Shown here piece by piece: positions 49,464 to 62,029 of a stretch of DNA of 64,000 nt. Location: assembly GCF_020745735.1 (NCBI RefSeq), contig NC_083435.1, positions 41,441,090 to 41,505,089 on the forward strand, written 5' to 3'. How positions within the stretch are numbered: position 1 is the stretch's first letter; every line of letters starts with the position of its first letter. Position numbers and translations under genes: made by a program. The notes below the pieces were generated by a model, which did no database searches, was not told the origin of the DNA, and saw nothing but the letters and a program-made list of their open reading frames with translations. This stretch comes from Hemiscyllium ocellatum. Lineage: Eukaryota.

Positions 49464-52225
49464 TTACACACTGTTATTAGTGACCTCTGATGTCATCATA
49501 TACAAACACAGGTTTGATGCAACACACCACATGGAACACTGTTTAAATTCAAATTGCTCCAAATATTTCTGGAGCAACATGAGTTTCCTGAAGCTTGGGA
49601 AACTGACTGGTGAAAAGGAAGTGACATTAAGCAGCAAATCAGGAGGAGATTTAAACTTTTCATTATCCAATGTGAGTAAAACTTCACTTATTGAAGCTGC
49701 TGTTTCAGTTCCTATGATAAACACCTGACAGAGATTTATAGTGTGGGAATAATATTCTTCATCTTCAGAAGCTTTCAAAGTGACATCAGTATAGAATGAG
49801 TATCCTTGGATATGTTTGACGGCAGATCAGGAGAGGAAGATTTATAGCATCCAAGAGAGTGACGATGGGCAATAGTGCGATCAGGACATGCTCAGGAGGG
49901 AGGGTCACAGGATGAAGGGGCACTGGAGGGAGGAAAAAAGAAGAATGTGGGAGAGTAGATTGACTTTCAGCCCAAAGCAGTGATTTTGGGTTTCATTCTG
50001 CAAGATGTGGAATGATTCTGAGCTCCAAAGGAGTGATTCTTCACACCTTACGAAATCTCCTCATTGGCCTATCATTTTCCACCTTATCCAACAAGACTAA
50101 TCCCAGACTCTGCCTCTCATCTCCCAGGTAATCCATGTCCTTTTCCAGTATCTAGGAAGTAAAAGCATATTGAAGGAATTTAGAGATAGGGCAGTAGTTT
50201 AGAAGGACAGGAGGCAAGGCATTTGTTTTTTTTTAGGACAGGATGATAACAGTAGATTAAAAATGAATGAAGGGCAATATCTGAAGACAGAACCGTAACA
50301 CTGCTAACATGGAGTCTAGGAAGGGAAGTTTTGTGATCAGTATGTTGGTGAGAATAGGGTTGTGGGAACAGGGGTTTGGTCTCATGGATAAGATGAGTTC
50401 GGAAAGGGCATGAGGGGAGGTCGGGGAGAAATTACAGAAAGATGAGAGTTCAGGCTGAGGGGAGATGCTTGTTTCAGGCAGACATGTGGAAGACAGGGAA
50501 GTGACAGAGGCAGTTTATGGGATTCTTTCAATCTTATTTCCCTGAGCAGAGAAGTCAATAATCAGGGAGTATAGATTTAAAGTATTGATGGGAGGATTAT
50601 GGGAAATGGAGGATAATTTTTTTCACCCAGAGGCTTTTCAGATAGTGGATGGGTGTTCTGGAATGTAGGATTTAGCATGTTTGGCTTTCTTGCTTGGTGT
50701 GGAGGTGCTTTATCAGCACCCAGTCTGTCCGTTCCTCGCTTTGGAATCTACCTACTTTTCTCCATCAGTTTCACATCTCCTGACATCAGGGTATTGACCA
50801 TCTTTCATAGTTTCAGAAAACCAGGCACAAAGACAACTCTGACACCTATCATTCTAAACTAGTTACAGCTTTAAATCAAATCAAACATTCAGGCTGCCTG
50901 CTTACAGTGGGGAAAGTATTCTGTACATAACTTTGGGACTTAATCCATTAGAAACTGAATGGAATACATCAGAAACATTAATCCACAACTGACAATAACA
51001 GTTAGCACTCTCATCTGAATCAGAAAGTTGTGGGTTCAAGTCTTACTCCAGAGACTTGTGCACGGAGGCTGATAATCCAAAGTGGTATTGAGGGAATGCC
51101 GTACTGTCAGAGGTAGTATCTTTCAGATGGGTTGTATCACAGCCCTGCCTTCTTTCTTAGCTAAATTTGAAAGTTAAATCTGGAGGAATGCAGTGGACAT
51201 ATTGCTGATTGTCTTTCGCAAACGCTCTTACATGCGTCTGATACACAAAAGGACTTTCTGCAGTACTGGAGCATGATAACAACAACTGGTCTGTCTGATT
51301 CTGTTCAATTGAGAAAGTTTTGTTGCTTGTTAAAATTTTGTTTGTGGGATGACAGCAGCGCAGGCAAAGTCAACATTTGTTGCTCATCCCTATTTGTCTT
51401 TGAAAAGATGGTCAATAAAACCCCTGCTGCTATCATTTGTAACAAGGCTGAACTGACACAATTGATCTGGTGCTGGGTCACTTCAAAAATGGAGATCTTT
51501 TGAGAGAAATGGCCGTCAAGGTCTGAAAAGTTAAAAAATATGTTCCGAAGTCCCTATGTCAACATATATTGGTGGAATAGTTGGCTGATATTTCATGGAT
51601 TAATAAGAGTTTGGTTTTGGCAAAATTCGAAGGCAGTACTGAGAAAGTCTGTAGCCTTAAAACCTGTCTTTAAACATTTCGACTAAAATGTAATGCCAAA
51701 TTACAGAACACATTTGATGCACACTAGAAAATAGACAGAACAGGCCGGAAGGCTCAGAGAAAGGAGGTGAAGATAAAAACCAAGTGATAACAGGATGGTC
51801 TAAGGCAATTAAGAACATTTGCCTGAACATCAGTGAATCTGTGTGAACAGGACGCCAAGTGATAACATTCATGGCCGTTCCCTTGTGAAATTAATGAAAG
51901 TGTTAGATTCAGATCCTGAAATGAAACTCGGTACTATCAAAAGCCTTGTAATTGATGGTTAAGGCCTTTCAATTATAATGGATTCTTACTTCCCTTGCAA
52001 GCGGGGCAGACACAGAGAGAAAAACATCTTTACTGTTGCAAGTCCCTGACTTGAGAGTTCAAAAGGACATTAGAGAGAGAACCATTTTAGTGCTGAGTCT
52101 GCTGAAGCCAGTAGAAAATTAACTCAGTGCTTACCTGCTATGGATTGAATATAATTGCATTTTTGTGACTTTATGATGATATTGAGTAGCCATTACTGGT
52201 TATTAAATACAAACTCTGTAAAAGA

Positions 52226-52410
52226 TTAAAAATCACACAACACCAGGTTATAGTCCAACAGGTTTAATTGGAAGCACACTAGCTTTCGGAGCGACGCTCC
52301 TTGGTTGCTCCGAAAGCTAGTGTGCTTCCAATTAAACCTGTTGGACTATAACCTGGTGTTGTGTAATTTTTAACTTTGTACACTCCAGTCCAACACCGGC
52401 ATCTCCAAAT
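52226..52410. mobile_element. Penelope-derived palindromic mini-element
   Basis: 67-bp inverted arms (52226-52292 and 52307-52373); same family as 13822-14623. Confidence 0.75.
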
Positions 52411-54289
52411 CATTCTGTTAAAGGTAATATTGACGAAGCTTTAACTTACTTGGTGTTCTTTCAGACCTTACAGACTACCCCACTATCAATTCTAACTAAT
52501 CAGATCTTATGTGTCATTTGAATTTGAATCACAACCCTCAAAAGAAAGCATGTTTAATTCAAGACAAATGTATCAGTTTAAATGCATTCTTACAGTAACA
52601 TCTCAGCCTCAGGTACAGAACGATTCAATGCTTAAAAAGAAGTCTGCTCCTAGCTTAGAAATTATTCTAGGCCTAACATTGAAGAGATTCTGGCACAATG
52701 TGTCAGGAAGCCATTTTATGGTCAAAAGTTTGCCCTCCTTGCTAAGAAGCCATTTTGTAAAAAATTGTATCTGACATGTGAACTGTGCAAGGTTACCTTA
52801 TGAACTCTCCAATTAGCTCAGACTGGTACCTCTTTATGATCGGAGTTTATCTCGCTTGCGGGCGCCAAACTTGGCTGGGCATGTTTTTCCCTGGTGAATG
52901 GCCTAGGGCCTTTAGGAGTGATCAGTCAAGCGTACACAGACCTGTCAATTAACTTTTCTTCCTTACGAATTATTGTCTTTCACTTTTATCTGTCTAATTA
53001 GGAAGATGCAATGTTTTCGTAAACTTTTGTACAAAGGAAGCCACTTTGTAGCAGTACATCGTAGTAGCCTGCTGGGGCACTGGAAGGGCTGGTAACCTAC
53101 TCTCCCAGGTTATTAGAACCTAGTTAGTTTAGCTTTAGGGTCAGTGTTATGTTGTAACAGAGATGCCAATGGTAAATTAAACTAAACTGCCTGTAAAAGA
53201 TTTTTTTATTCCACACTACCAAAGAGTACGATCTCCGGAACGAACCAAGAGAAAGGCTTGCAAGGGATTCCCTGGGCTGTCTCAGATCTCAACTTTAACA
53301 GTACCAAGTTTCCTCTCACAGAGAATTGAAGAGTGTTACAATCCCAGACCTGACCATGAAATCTATGATACAATCTGGCTAAGGATCAGTAACTTTTGTT
53401 TGAAAGTGGTCAAAATATAAGGTGCGCGGCATGTATCAATAGAATAAAGACATCATGATGCTTTAGATTTGAATAAACAACAATAAACTTTACTTCACAT
53501 CATCAGAGCAATAACACAAACAATACATGTACAACTTATATTCAAACATGCGAAGCTAACATTGTAAATGTTTATTATTAACTCCACAGCACATATCACA
53601 CAGCAAGTAGAACCAAGTATGATGCCAGAGATTTCTCAGTAATCGACAAGGTGGGTCATCAACTCTCATTAGTTTTCACAAGGAGTCACAATTCTTCACT
53701 TTTGTCGATCTGTCTTTGATGCTTTCTCCCAAGAATTACTCAGTCACGTACTGCTTCAATGACTGCTCCAGTTCAGTTTGATCACTCTTTCTTCCTGCAT
53801 CTACACTTCCTTGGACCTCAAAACTGCACTCCTATATCCATAGGCTTAGTTTAGCTTTGCACCGAGAGCTAACTTCACCAAGCTAAGCTCTAATCCTGCC
53901 GAGTTGCAACAAGCAAATATTCCTTGTTGAGTTCTTCAAATGGTCACATTCTCAGCTGGACTGAATTCTTAGCAACTCAGATTCTTTTGAGCCAACATAG
54001 TTCCCAGACAACAAACAAGGCCCTGACTCAACATTTAGATGTTATCCAATTCTCTGAACCTCTTCCTGAGTTCTAACAACATAGAGAATATCCAACTGCT
54101 CTGAACTCTTTATTGGGAGCATGCACAGAACCTTTCTAATTCAGCTGTCTTCCCAGCAGTATGGCTAACAGCAGCATGGAGTCTGCTTCTGTTTGTCTTG
54201 TAAATTCACTGTAACTCTGGAATTGCTCTTATCTGTGATTGAATGAAAACAATGTAAGAAGCCACAACTGTAATGCTGTGCAAAATTGA

Positions 54290-54655
54290 ATGTAGTTACC
54301 TTGCAACTCTTGCACTGAGCGTCCTCTGAATATTACAATTCATAGATTGCTGGCTTCTCCTGTACAAATGGATACAACAGAAAATTGGATTTCATCACAA
54401 AGGATTGACTGTGGTTTGTAAATTTGTTGTAGAGTGGACTGCAAAACTGTGGTCATCTGAGAACTGTGGATTACATATATATGTGATGGTCAATTTAGTT
54501 TTGGCATAGAGGGGATGGAGGTAAATGGGGTTCACAGAGAGATGATAGTTAAAACTGACCAGAGGGCAATTGATCTTTGAGGAGATAATGGTCACTGTCA
54601 GGTTGACTATAAATAGAGTGGGGGCTATCACACAACCATGCTTAACATAGGTCTG
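54290..54655 (-). mobile_element. RTE-clade RT fragment
   Basis: VKHGCVIAPTLF and QFSDD remnants. Confidence 0.6.
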
Positions 54656-55009
54656 GATTTTGCAGGTTTTGTTTCAGATCTCCCATTCAAGACAATCATA
54701 TCAGCATGAAGCTTGCAGGATTGTGTTGAAGTTCCTTGGACTTCAAAATCAACGGACTACAATCCGCAGAGCCCCTCGAGTTATTCTGTCAAGTGCTTTG
54801 TTTACAATGAGATATATAATGAAGAATTTCTGTTGCTGTTCTCAATATTCTCCTTGGATTTGTCTGGCAACAAAGATCATGTCAGAGGTGGGCAAACTAA
54901 CCCAAGGTCACAACTCAAGAAGGCAGCCCATGAGATCTAATACTATGCTGATCATCATCATCATTATATGAAGGTTTTCAAGTTACCAGGGCCAAGGTCC
55001 TGACTAAGG

Positions 55010-55430
55010 TCAAATGTTCAAAATCCCAGATGGTGGTTTTTTTTTTACAAAATGATGGACAGCATTTTGAACAAATTCTCAACTATAAATTCACAGGACA
55101 ACTGAAACTCTCCAGTCAATCCCCCAGTGCCCTATGGTAGAATCCTTGGGTGAGTCACCAGTGAGACAGCAGCAACAAGAAAATAAAATGATGAGAAACA
55201 ACAAAACCTGTGGCCCAGGTGGTCTAAATGCTCAGGCCTTCAAAGTTGGAGCGTTTTTGCAAAATTTAGACTTATCATGCAGATTTGGGAAGCAAATTAA
55301 CTTTGCCTGACTTTGTGAATATGATAATCATAAATATTTTCAAAAAGGAAGATAAACTTTGCCACATAAACTATCGATGCATTTTCCTCTTGTCCATAGA
55401 AGGGAAAATCCTGACACACTCTCCAGTGGA
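55010..55430 (+). mobile_element. RTE-clade RT fragment
   Basis: NKTCGPGG and IFKKEDK..NYRCIFLLSIEGKIL. Confidence 0.65.
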
Positions 55431-55716
55431 GAGTCTCTCCAGTTTGAATTGTCTGTTAGTGGAGGAGGCTCCTTTAGCTGGTGAAGGCTTTGTCTCACAC
55501 CGACCAGTTGCTTCCTTGTGTTAATATAATGGAGCATGCATTAAATTCAAGAATGATTTGTCACTCATTTGTCAAACATGTTGATGGTTTCTTCTCTGCG
55601 TAAATGTGCTGGTCTATCAGGAAATTAAAGGAGTGAATTAAAACCTTCTCACAAATTAAAGCCCTTAAATGAATTCTCCCCGTGAATTCTCCAGTAAAAC
55701 AAAAGGCTGTGACATG

Positions 55717-56772
55717 TCACGAAAGCTTTGCCGAAACTTCACACTCCAAGATTTTCTCTCCATTATGGATCTTCTGATGGATGACTAGGTTTGATAAGCG
55801 TGTGAAAGCTTTGTTACAAACCTCACATTGGAAGCGTTTCTCCCCAGTGTGAATCCTCTGGTGCCTCTGGAAAGTGGAGGATTGGGTGAAGGCCTTCTCA
55901 CAAACCTCACACCTGAATGGTTTCTCACCTGTGTGAATCCTCTGGTGTCTCCTGAGTTTTGATAACTCAGAAAATGATTTGTTGCACACCTCACAGGTGA
56001 ATGGTTTCTCACCTGTGTGAATTCGTCGGTGGGTGCGGAGAGTCGATGAATCTGAGAACGATTTGTCACACACCTCACATGTGTAAGGTTTCTCCCCTGT
56101 GTGAATGTATTGGTGTTCAAGGAGGTGTGTTGGCCGTGAGAATGATTTGTTACACAATCCACACGTGTATGGTTTCTCTCCTGTGTGACTGCGTTGATGG
56201 TCAAGCAGAGTTGATGACCGTGAAAAAGACTGGTTGCACACAGCACACGAGAATGGTTTCTCACCAGTGTGAATGCGTTGGTGTACACGGAGGTGTGAAG
56301 ACTGAGAGAATGATTTGTCACACACTTCACAGATGAATGGTTTCTCTCCTGTGTGACTGCGTTGGTGTGTGTGGAGGTTCGGCAACTGTGAGAATGACTT
56401 GTCACATATCGTGCATGTGAATGGTTTCTCCCCTGTGTGAGTACGTTGGTGTAGACGGAGAGCTGATGACTTCGAGAAGGCTTTGTCACATACCTCACAC
56501 GTAAATGGCTTCTCTCCTGTGTGAATGGGTTGATGCATGAGAAGGCTCCATGACTTAGAAAAGCATTTATTGCACACCTCACACTTGAACGGCTTCTCTC
56601 CTGTGTGAATGCGTCGGTGATTTACCAGTGTTGATGAGTGTGCAAAGGCTCGGTCACAGACTTCACACTTGAAGGATTTTTCTCCAGTGTGAACTCTCTG
56701 GTGTATTTGAAGGGTGTACAGTTTCACAAAAGTTTTATCACAAATTTGACACTTGAATGGTTTCTCTTCCAT
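55717..56772 (-). CDS. Tandem C2H2 zinc-finger protein ZNF-D, 12 fingers
   Basis: 12 intact C2H2 units with TGEKP-type linkers; the conserved acceptor places the exon start at 57240. Confidence 0.93.
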   Translation of the reverse strand: MEEKPFKCQICDKTFVKLYTLQIHQRVHTGEKSFKCEVCDRAFAHSSTLVNHRRIHTGEKPFKCEVCNKCFSKSWSLLMHQPIHTGEKPFTCEVCDKAFSKSSALRLHQRTHTGEKPFTCTICDKSFSQLPNLHTHQRSHTGEKPFICEVCDKSFSQSSHLRVHQRIHTGEKPFSCAVCNQSFSRSSTLLDHQRSHTGEKPYTCGLCNKSFSRPTHLLEHQYIHTGEKPYTCEVCDKSFSDSSTLRTHRRIHTGEKPFTCEVCNKSFSELSKLRRHQRIHTGEKPFRCEVCEKAFTQSSTFQRHQRIHTGEKRFQCEVCNKAFTRLSNLVIHQKIHNGEKILECEVSAKLS

Positions 56773-58399
56773 GTGCCAATCTTGTTGACAGTATTTTTAA
56801 CAAATGCACCAAATGTGAGGAGAATGTGAATAGCTGTAGAGCCCTCTTCACGCACTTCACACTTGCTCTCCTGTATAAATGAGTCAGTGGTTCATGAGGC
56901 TTGATGAATGATTGAAGCTCTCACCACACTTGGAGCCACTCACACGTCTTCCCAGCCTCACCCTGATCGATCACCCACAGCTGAACCTTCAGAAAGGTTG
57001 GTTCTGATGGAAGGCTCCACACCACTGACCAGTTTCAGAACTGGTGAGATGTCAAAGCTCCCCTGAACCGACCAATTTCCAGATGATGTTTTCACTGCCT
57101 AACCTTCTCCGTGTTGAGCAATGCTGCAAAGGGACTGGATGTCCTCCCACAGTTGTGTTGTTGTTCCTTGGGTGATGGTCAGGATCTTTCTGTGACCTCT
57201 ATCCTCTCTGTATTCTCTGGTGCAGTATGGTGCAATCCTTCTGTAAAACAGGAAAACGAAACATGATTTCCTCCAACTCCCTCTCCTTCTTTGCTGAAGG
57301 GGCTGACTCCTCAGTTCCAGACTGTTCCACAGTGAGTGCCAGTCTGCTAATCCCCTGTGTGGGTATTCCGATACAAATCCTTTCTTTTTCCTCACTTGAG
57401 GTGGTCACACACCCTCTGTTTCCAGCAGGGTCTCTGGATAGTGACTGTGATCAGATAACATAGCTACTATCTTTTCCCCTTTCTTCGTAGATGCCATAAG
57501 TCAGTAGAATGCAAGCTCAAGTTACTATGAGCTCATGTCCTGCTGGGAAAGAGCAGTTTTACACTGAGAATATGTTTTTAATATGAAAACACTCAAGAGA
57601 AATATTAATTCAATGGAGATTTAGAAATTTTTCCACTTATTCTTCAAATGTATTTGAAGAAAAAACACTGAGCAGGAAGTGCTAGAAGCTAGAGAAAATA
57701 TTGTTTCAGTGTAGCTGATTGAAAGGTTCGAGTTAATCATAGATACACTGCACTTGTTCAGACTGCGCATCCCAAATTTAGCTATCATTAATCGTACTGG
57801 GCAAAACTATGAAAAACAAACTCAGGCTTTTGGGAAAGGCCAAGGCCTTCAGACTAAATCTTTAAAAGGGAGCTTAAAAGACCTTTGCTAATCACTGATT
57901 TCAACAAGTGAGTCTTCAAGTCTGGCAGCTAAATTGCTATAGTGCTGAATTAACAATGCAGAGAGTGAGAGTTCAAATCTAACTATGGAAAGTTACATAC
58001 ATAGAATTATTAAGAGAAACGGGCCATTCAACCCAATTGGTCCATGCTGGTGTTTATACTTCCCATTAACCTCCTCTCACCCAACCAACAGTTCCTTTCT
58101 TCCTCATGTGTTTACTCAATTTCCCCTTAAAGGTATCTGAGCTCTTCACGTCAACCACTCCATGTTGTGAAGGGAAATTTAATCAATTTGTCATTTCCAG
58201 AATACAACGAAAATAAAAACATGAAAACATTCAGCTTGTACTAAAACCTTAATGTTGTGCTTTGGAGAAGGTTACCTGTTGTTACTCCCTGGTCTGGTCT
58301 GCAAGTGACTCCAGTCCCAAATAATTTGGTCAACTTAGAACTGCCTCTGAAGGTGACTGAACAAACAATCTCTGCAAGTCTAATCATTAGAAATCTCAC

Positions 58400-58735
58400 T
58401 CAGTGATTAGCAAAGGTCTTTTCCCTAGGGTAGGGGAGTTCAAAACGAGGGGGTATATTTTTCAGGAGAAAGGAGAAAGATTTAAAAAGGACCTGAAGGG
58501 CAACCTTTACACACAGAGGGTGGTTTGTATGTGGAATGAATCACCAGATGAATTGGTAAATGCAGGTACAGTCACAACATTTAAAAGATATTTGGATAGG
58601 TACACAAATAGGAAAGGGTTAGATGGAAATGGGCTGACTGAAGGCGAATCAGACTCGTTTAGTTTGAAAAAGTCGGTTGGCATGGATAAGTTGGACTGAA
58701 CAGTCGGTTTCCATGCTGTACGACTTTACTACCTC
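58400..58735 (+). mobile_element. CR1 3' fragment
   Basis: KGLFPRVGEFKTRG..TQRVVCMWN plus UTR. Confidence 0.8.
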
Positions 58736-59489
58736 TCAAAGCAATCTGATAACATAGTGGTTTGAAATTCTCTTCTTTGTTTTCAAATTAATCCACAGAT
58801 TCACTCCTCCCTGTCTCTGTAATCTCCTCCAGCCCTCCAACCCTTTGACATCTCTGAATTTCTCCCATTCTACCTCATGAACACCTTCCATCTGAATTGC
58901 ACCACCACTGGTGGCTGCTACTTCAACTGCGAAGGCCCCAAGCTCTGGAATTTTCTCTCTAAACGTCTCCACTTCATCTTCCTCCTTTAATTCCTGATGA
59001 AGGGCTTATGCATTTGACTCAGTGTCAGTGATTGGCTGACTCCTCGATATTATAGCTAGAACAATGGAGTCTTATGAAATTCTCCTGCCCTAACTGAACA
59101 CCAGCCACTTCCTGCATTGTACACAATGACATATGACAGCAAAAACCAGCATTTATATAACACTTTCAACATAGTCCAATGGCCCAAAGTGATTTGCTGA
59201 AGTGTCAATAATATGTGACCCTGAAGCACGAGGTAATCTCAGTATAAAATTTGGTTAAAGTGGTAGATTTTAAGGATTGCCTTATTGGGTGGGGGGGGGG
59301 GACAGAAACAGAGATATTTAGGGAGGGAATTCCAGAGTTTAGAAAGTAGGCAGCCGAATTTTCAGCCATGAATGGTAGAACGATTAAAATCATAAATCCT
59401 CAAGAAATCAAAATTCTAGAGTGTGGAGATCTTAGAGGGGCACAGGTCCATGGTGGTTGTCAATCTTTTCTCTTTGTAGGGTTGTCGGC

Positions 59490-59870
59490 TCATGCCCCAT
59501 CCCAGATCTTGAGCATGGAGGCTGACACACCAATATTGTAGTGAGGGAATGCTGCATTGTCGGAGATAAAAACTTTCAGATATGATCTTAATCCAAAGCA
59601 CCTTCTGCACTCGCTAATGTCATGCAAAAGATCCCCTGGAAGTGTTTTAAGGAAAAGCAGGAGAGTCATACTTGGTGTCCTGGTGAATTCATCAGTTAAC
59701 ACCATGAAGAAACAGATTCTCTGGTCACATTGCTGCTTGTTCACATGTTGTTGCTGGAAAAGCAACAGCCAGTGTCCACATTTGAGGGGAAGTTAACAGG
59801 CTGCAATGCACTTTGGGAAAACAAAGGTCATTGAAAGTTCTATGCAAAAACACATTTTTGATTTCTGAGG
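59490..59870 (+). mobile_element. Old Deu-domain SINE
   Basis: GAGGGAATGCTGCATTGTCGGAG..AAAAGATCCC..GGTGTCCTGG core. Confidence 0.55.
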
Positions 59871-60066
59871 TGGTTACACAGATAGAATGTTGAGAAGCTA
59901 CAAAGTAATTTGAAAAGTCAGGCAACATCCAGATCCCAACACACAGAACAGACCATTCACACTGCCCAGGATAATAATTAGCTTCCAAAACACAAAAAGA
60001 ACACAACAACAGGAATTCAGTAGAAATCCTCAGACACTCTGCTCCTCCGAGAAAATTACACCTCAC

Positions 60067-60480
60067 CCGTTCATATTCAGGAATGTGGCATCAACAACAC
60101 TCAGCCTGGAAATCAGAGGGAAATGCTTTCAATAAACACACTCAATATCCAACACACAGCTCCAGTCACACAGTTCAGCACAAAGCACCGAGTAAACAGC
60201 TCTCTCAGCTGGATCTTCTCACACAGCATAAGGGACATTTCCACCCCTGATTACCCACAGGATAGTCAGACTGCCTGAAGATTGGTGTGGATATTATGGG
60301 ATACAATTTGTATAAAAGCTGCTCCTTCACTCACCATCTCCTCACTTGGTTTTCAGTCCCTATAGGAAGTGAACCAGCTCTGGAAGAGGAAGAGGAGACA
60401 ATGGGCAGAGTGGGTGGGCTCTCTGATTGACGTCTCTCACAGTCAATCCAAATATTTCTGGAGCAACATGAATTTCCCGA
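60067..60480 (-). promoter_or_regulatory. Putative promoter, exon 1 (ATG 60337-60335) and 39-nt exon 2 (60105-60067) of ZNF-D
   Basis: About 99% identical to 2685-3003; donors GTGAGT and GTGAGG, acceptor TTTCCAG. Confidence 0.6.
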
Positions 60481-60649
60481 AACTTGGGAAACTGACCAAT
60501 AAAATGGAGGTGACTTTGAGCAGCAGATCAGGTGGGGATTTAAACTTGTCATTGTCTCATCTAAATAAAACCTTGTACTGGCAGCCGCTCTCTCAGTCCT
60601 GGTGAATGTTTGACAGAGATTTCTAGTGTAGAAATTGTAGTCTTCATAT

Positions 60650-61510
60650 AAAACAGAAAACATTGAAAATCGGAACTGGAGCAGGCGATTCAGCCCCTCG
60701 AGCCGGCACCACAATTCAATTTGAACACAGCTGAGCATCAAACTCAATCTCCTAATTTCGCCTTTCCTTCTTATCCTTTCATCCATTTAGCTCTAAAAAC
60801 AACGTCTTACATATTCTTCAAACATTCCATGTTTTAGCTTCTAACCCATGTTTGGGTGAAAACATTTCTCTTCATCTCAGTCCTCAATGACTACCCCGCC
60901 CCCTCCTTCACTATAGACTGTGACTTCTGGTTCTGGATTTCATTGTCAGCGAGAATATCATTCCTGTGTTTAATCTGTCTAGTCCTGTTCAGATTTTATG
61001 GGTTTCTCCTAACTGATCCAATCTCTCTTCATACATCAATCTTGTCATCCAGGAATCAGTCTGGAAAGCATGTGTTTCCTCCATAGCTGGAATATCATTC
61101 TTCAGGTAACAAGATCAAAAATGCATATAGCTGTGGTCTCACCAAATCTTCATACAACTGCGACAAGACATCCCTGCTCCTTTACTCAAATCCTTTCATT
61201 ATGAAGGTCAATATACCATTTGCCTTCTTCACCACCTGCTGCACCTGCATACTTATTTTAAATGACTGATGTACAAGAATACCCAGGTCTCATTGCACGT
61301 TACCCCTTCCAAATCTGTTATCAGTCAGTAATAAACTGCCCTCCTTTTTTGTTACTGAAATGGATAACTTCATATTTATTCACATTTATAATTCATTATC
61401 ATATATTTGCACACTCACTTAACTTGTCCAAATCAAAAATGAAATCATCTCTGTATCTTTCTCACAGTTCACCATCCCACTCAGCTTTGTTCATCTGTAA
61501 ATTTGGAGAT
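60650..61510 (-). mobile_element. CR1 3' fragment
   Basis: Reverse CR1 3' UTR and RT C-terminal remnants. Confidence 0.7.
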
Positions 61511-62029
61511 ATTGCATTTATTTCTATTCTATATTGGGCAGTTACTAGATTCCAGTTAGAACTAAAGAACGTACAAAACTTGTTGTGTGCTGCAACCCAG
61601 TACGATGGCTTTATTCTGAAGCTCTGCATACTATAAACCCGAAACAAGTCAAAGTACTTGCTCTGATGAAGAGCCACTGGACTTGAAACATTAACTCTGC
61701 TTTCTTCTCACAGATGTTGCCAGACCTGCTCAGTTTCTCCAGCAATTTATGTTTTTGTTAACAAGTCTGCAACTTGACTGATGACTCACAAATGCTCATG
61801 TAACTCATCTCTTACAGAAGCACCGTCCCAACAAAATATACATTAACTATAACATTTGAAATCCCTACCCTTTACTTTCAAACTTTTCCTTAAATAAATC
61901 ATAGAACGTTCATAGTTCCAGATATAACATATATATACAAACAAAGAGCCAAACTAATTACAAGGACAAGGTATATGTTTCCATTAGATACAACAAACAG
62001 GTGATGCTATCTAATAAGACAGAACCTAT

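Noticed and set aside
52850-52870. Minus-strand TGGCGCCCG as a tRNA-Lys primer-binding site of an ERV
   Set aside because: Only a 9-nt match, with no identifiable paired LTR or gag
60309-60320. TATAAAAG in the repeated cassette as a TATA box
   Set aside because: It points away from the ZNF gene and lies in predicted intron 1; splice signals and orientation favour the opposite strand, although antisense initiation cannot be excluded
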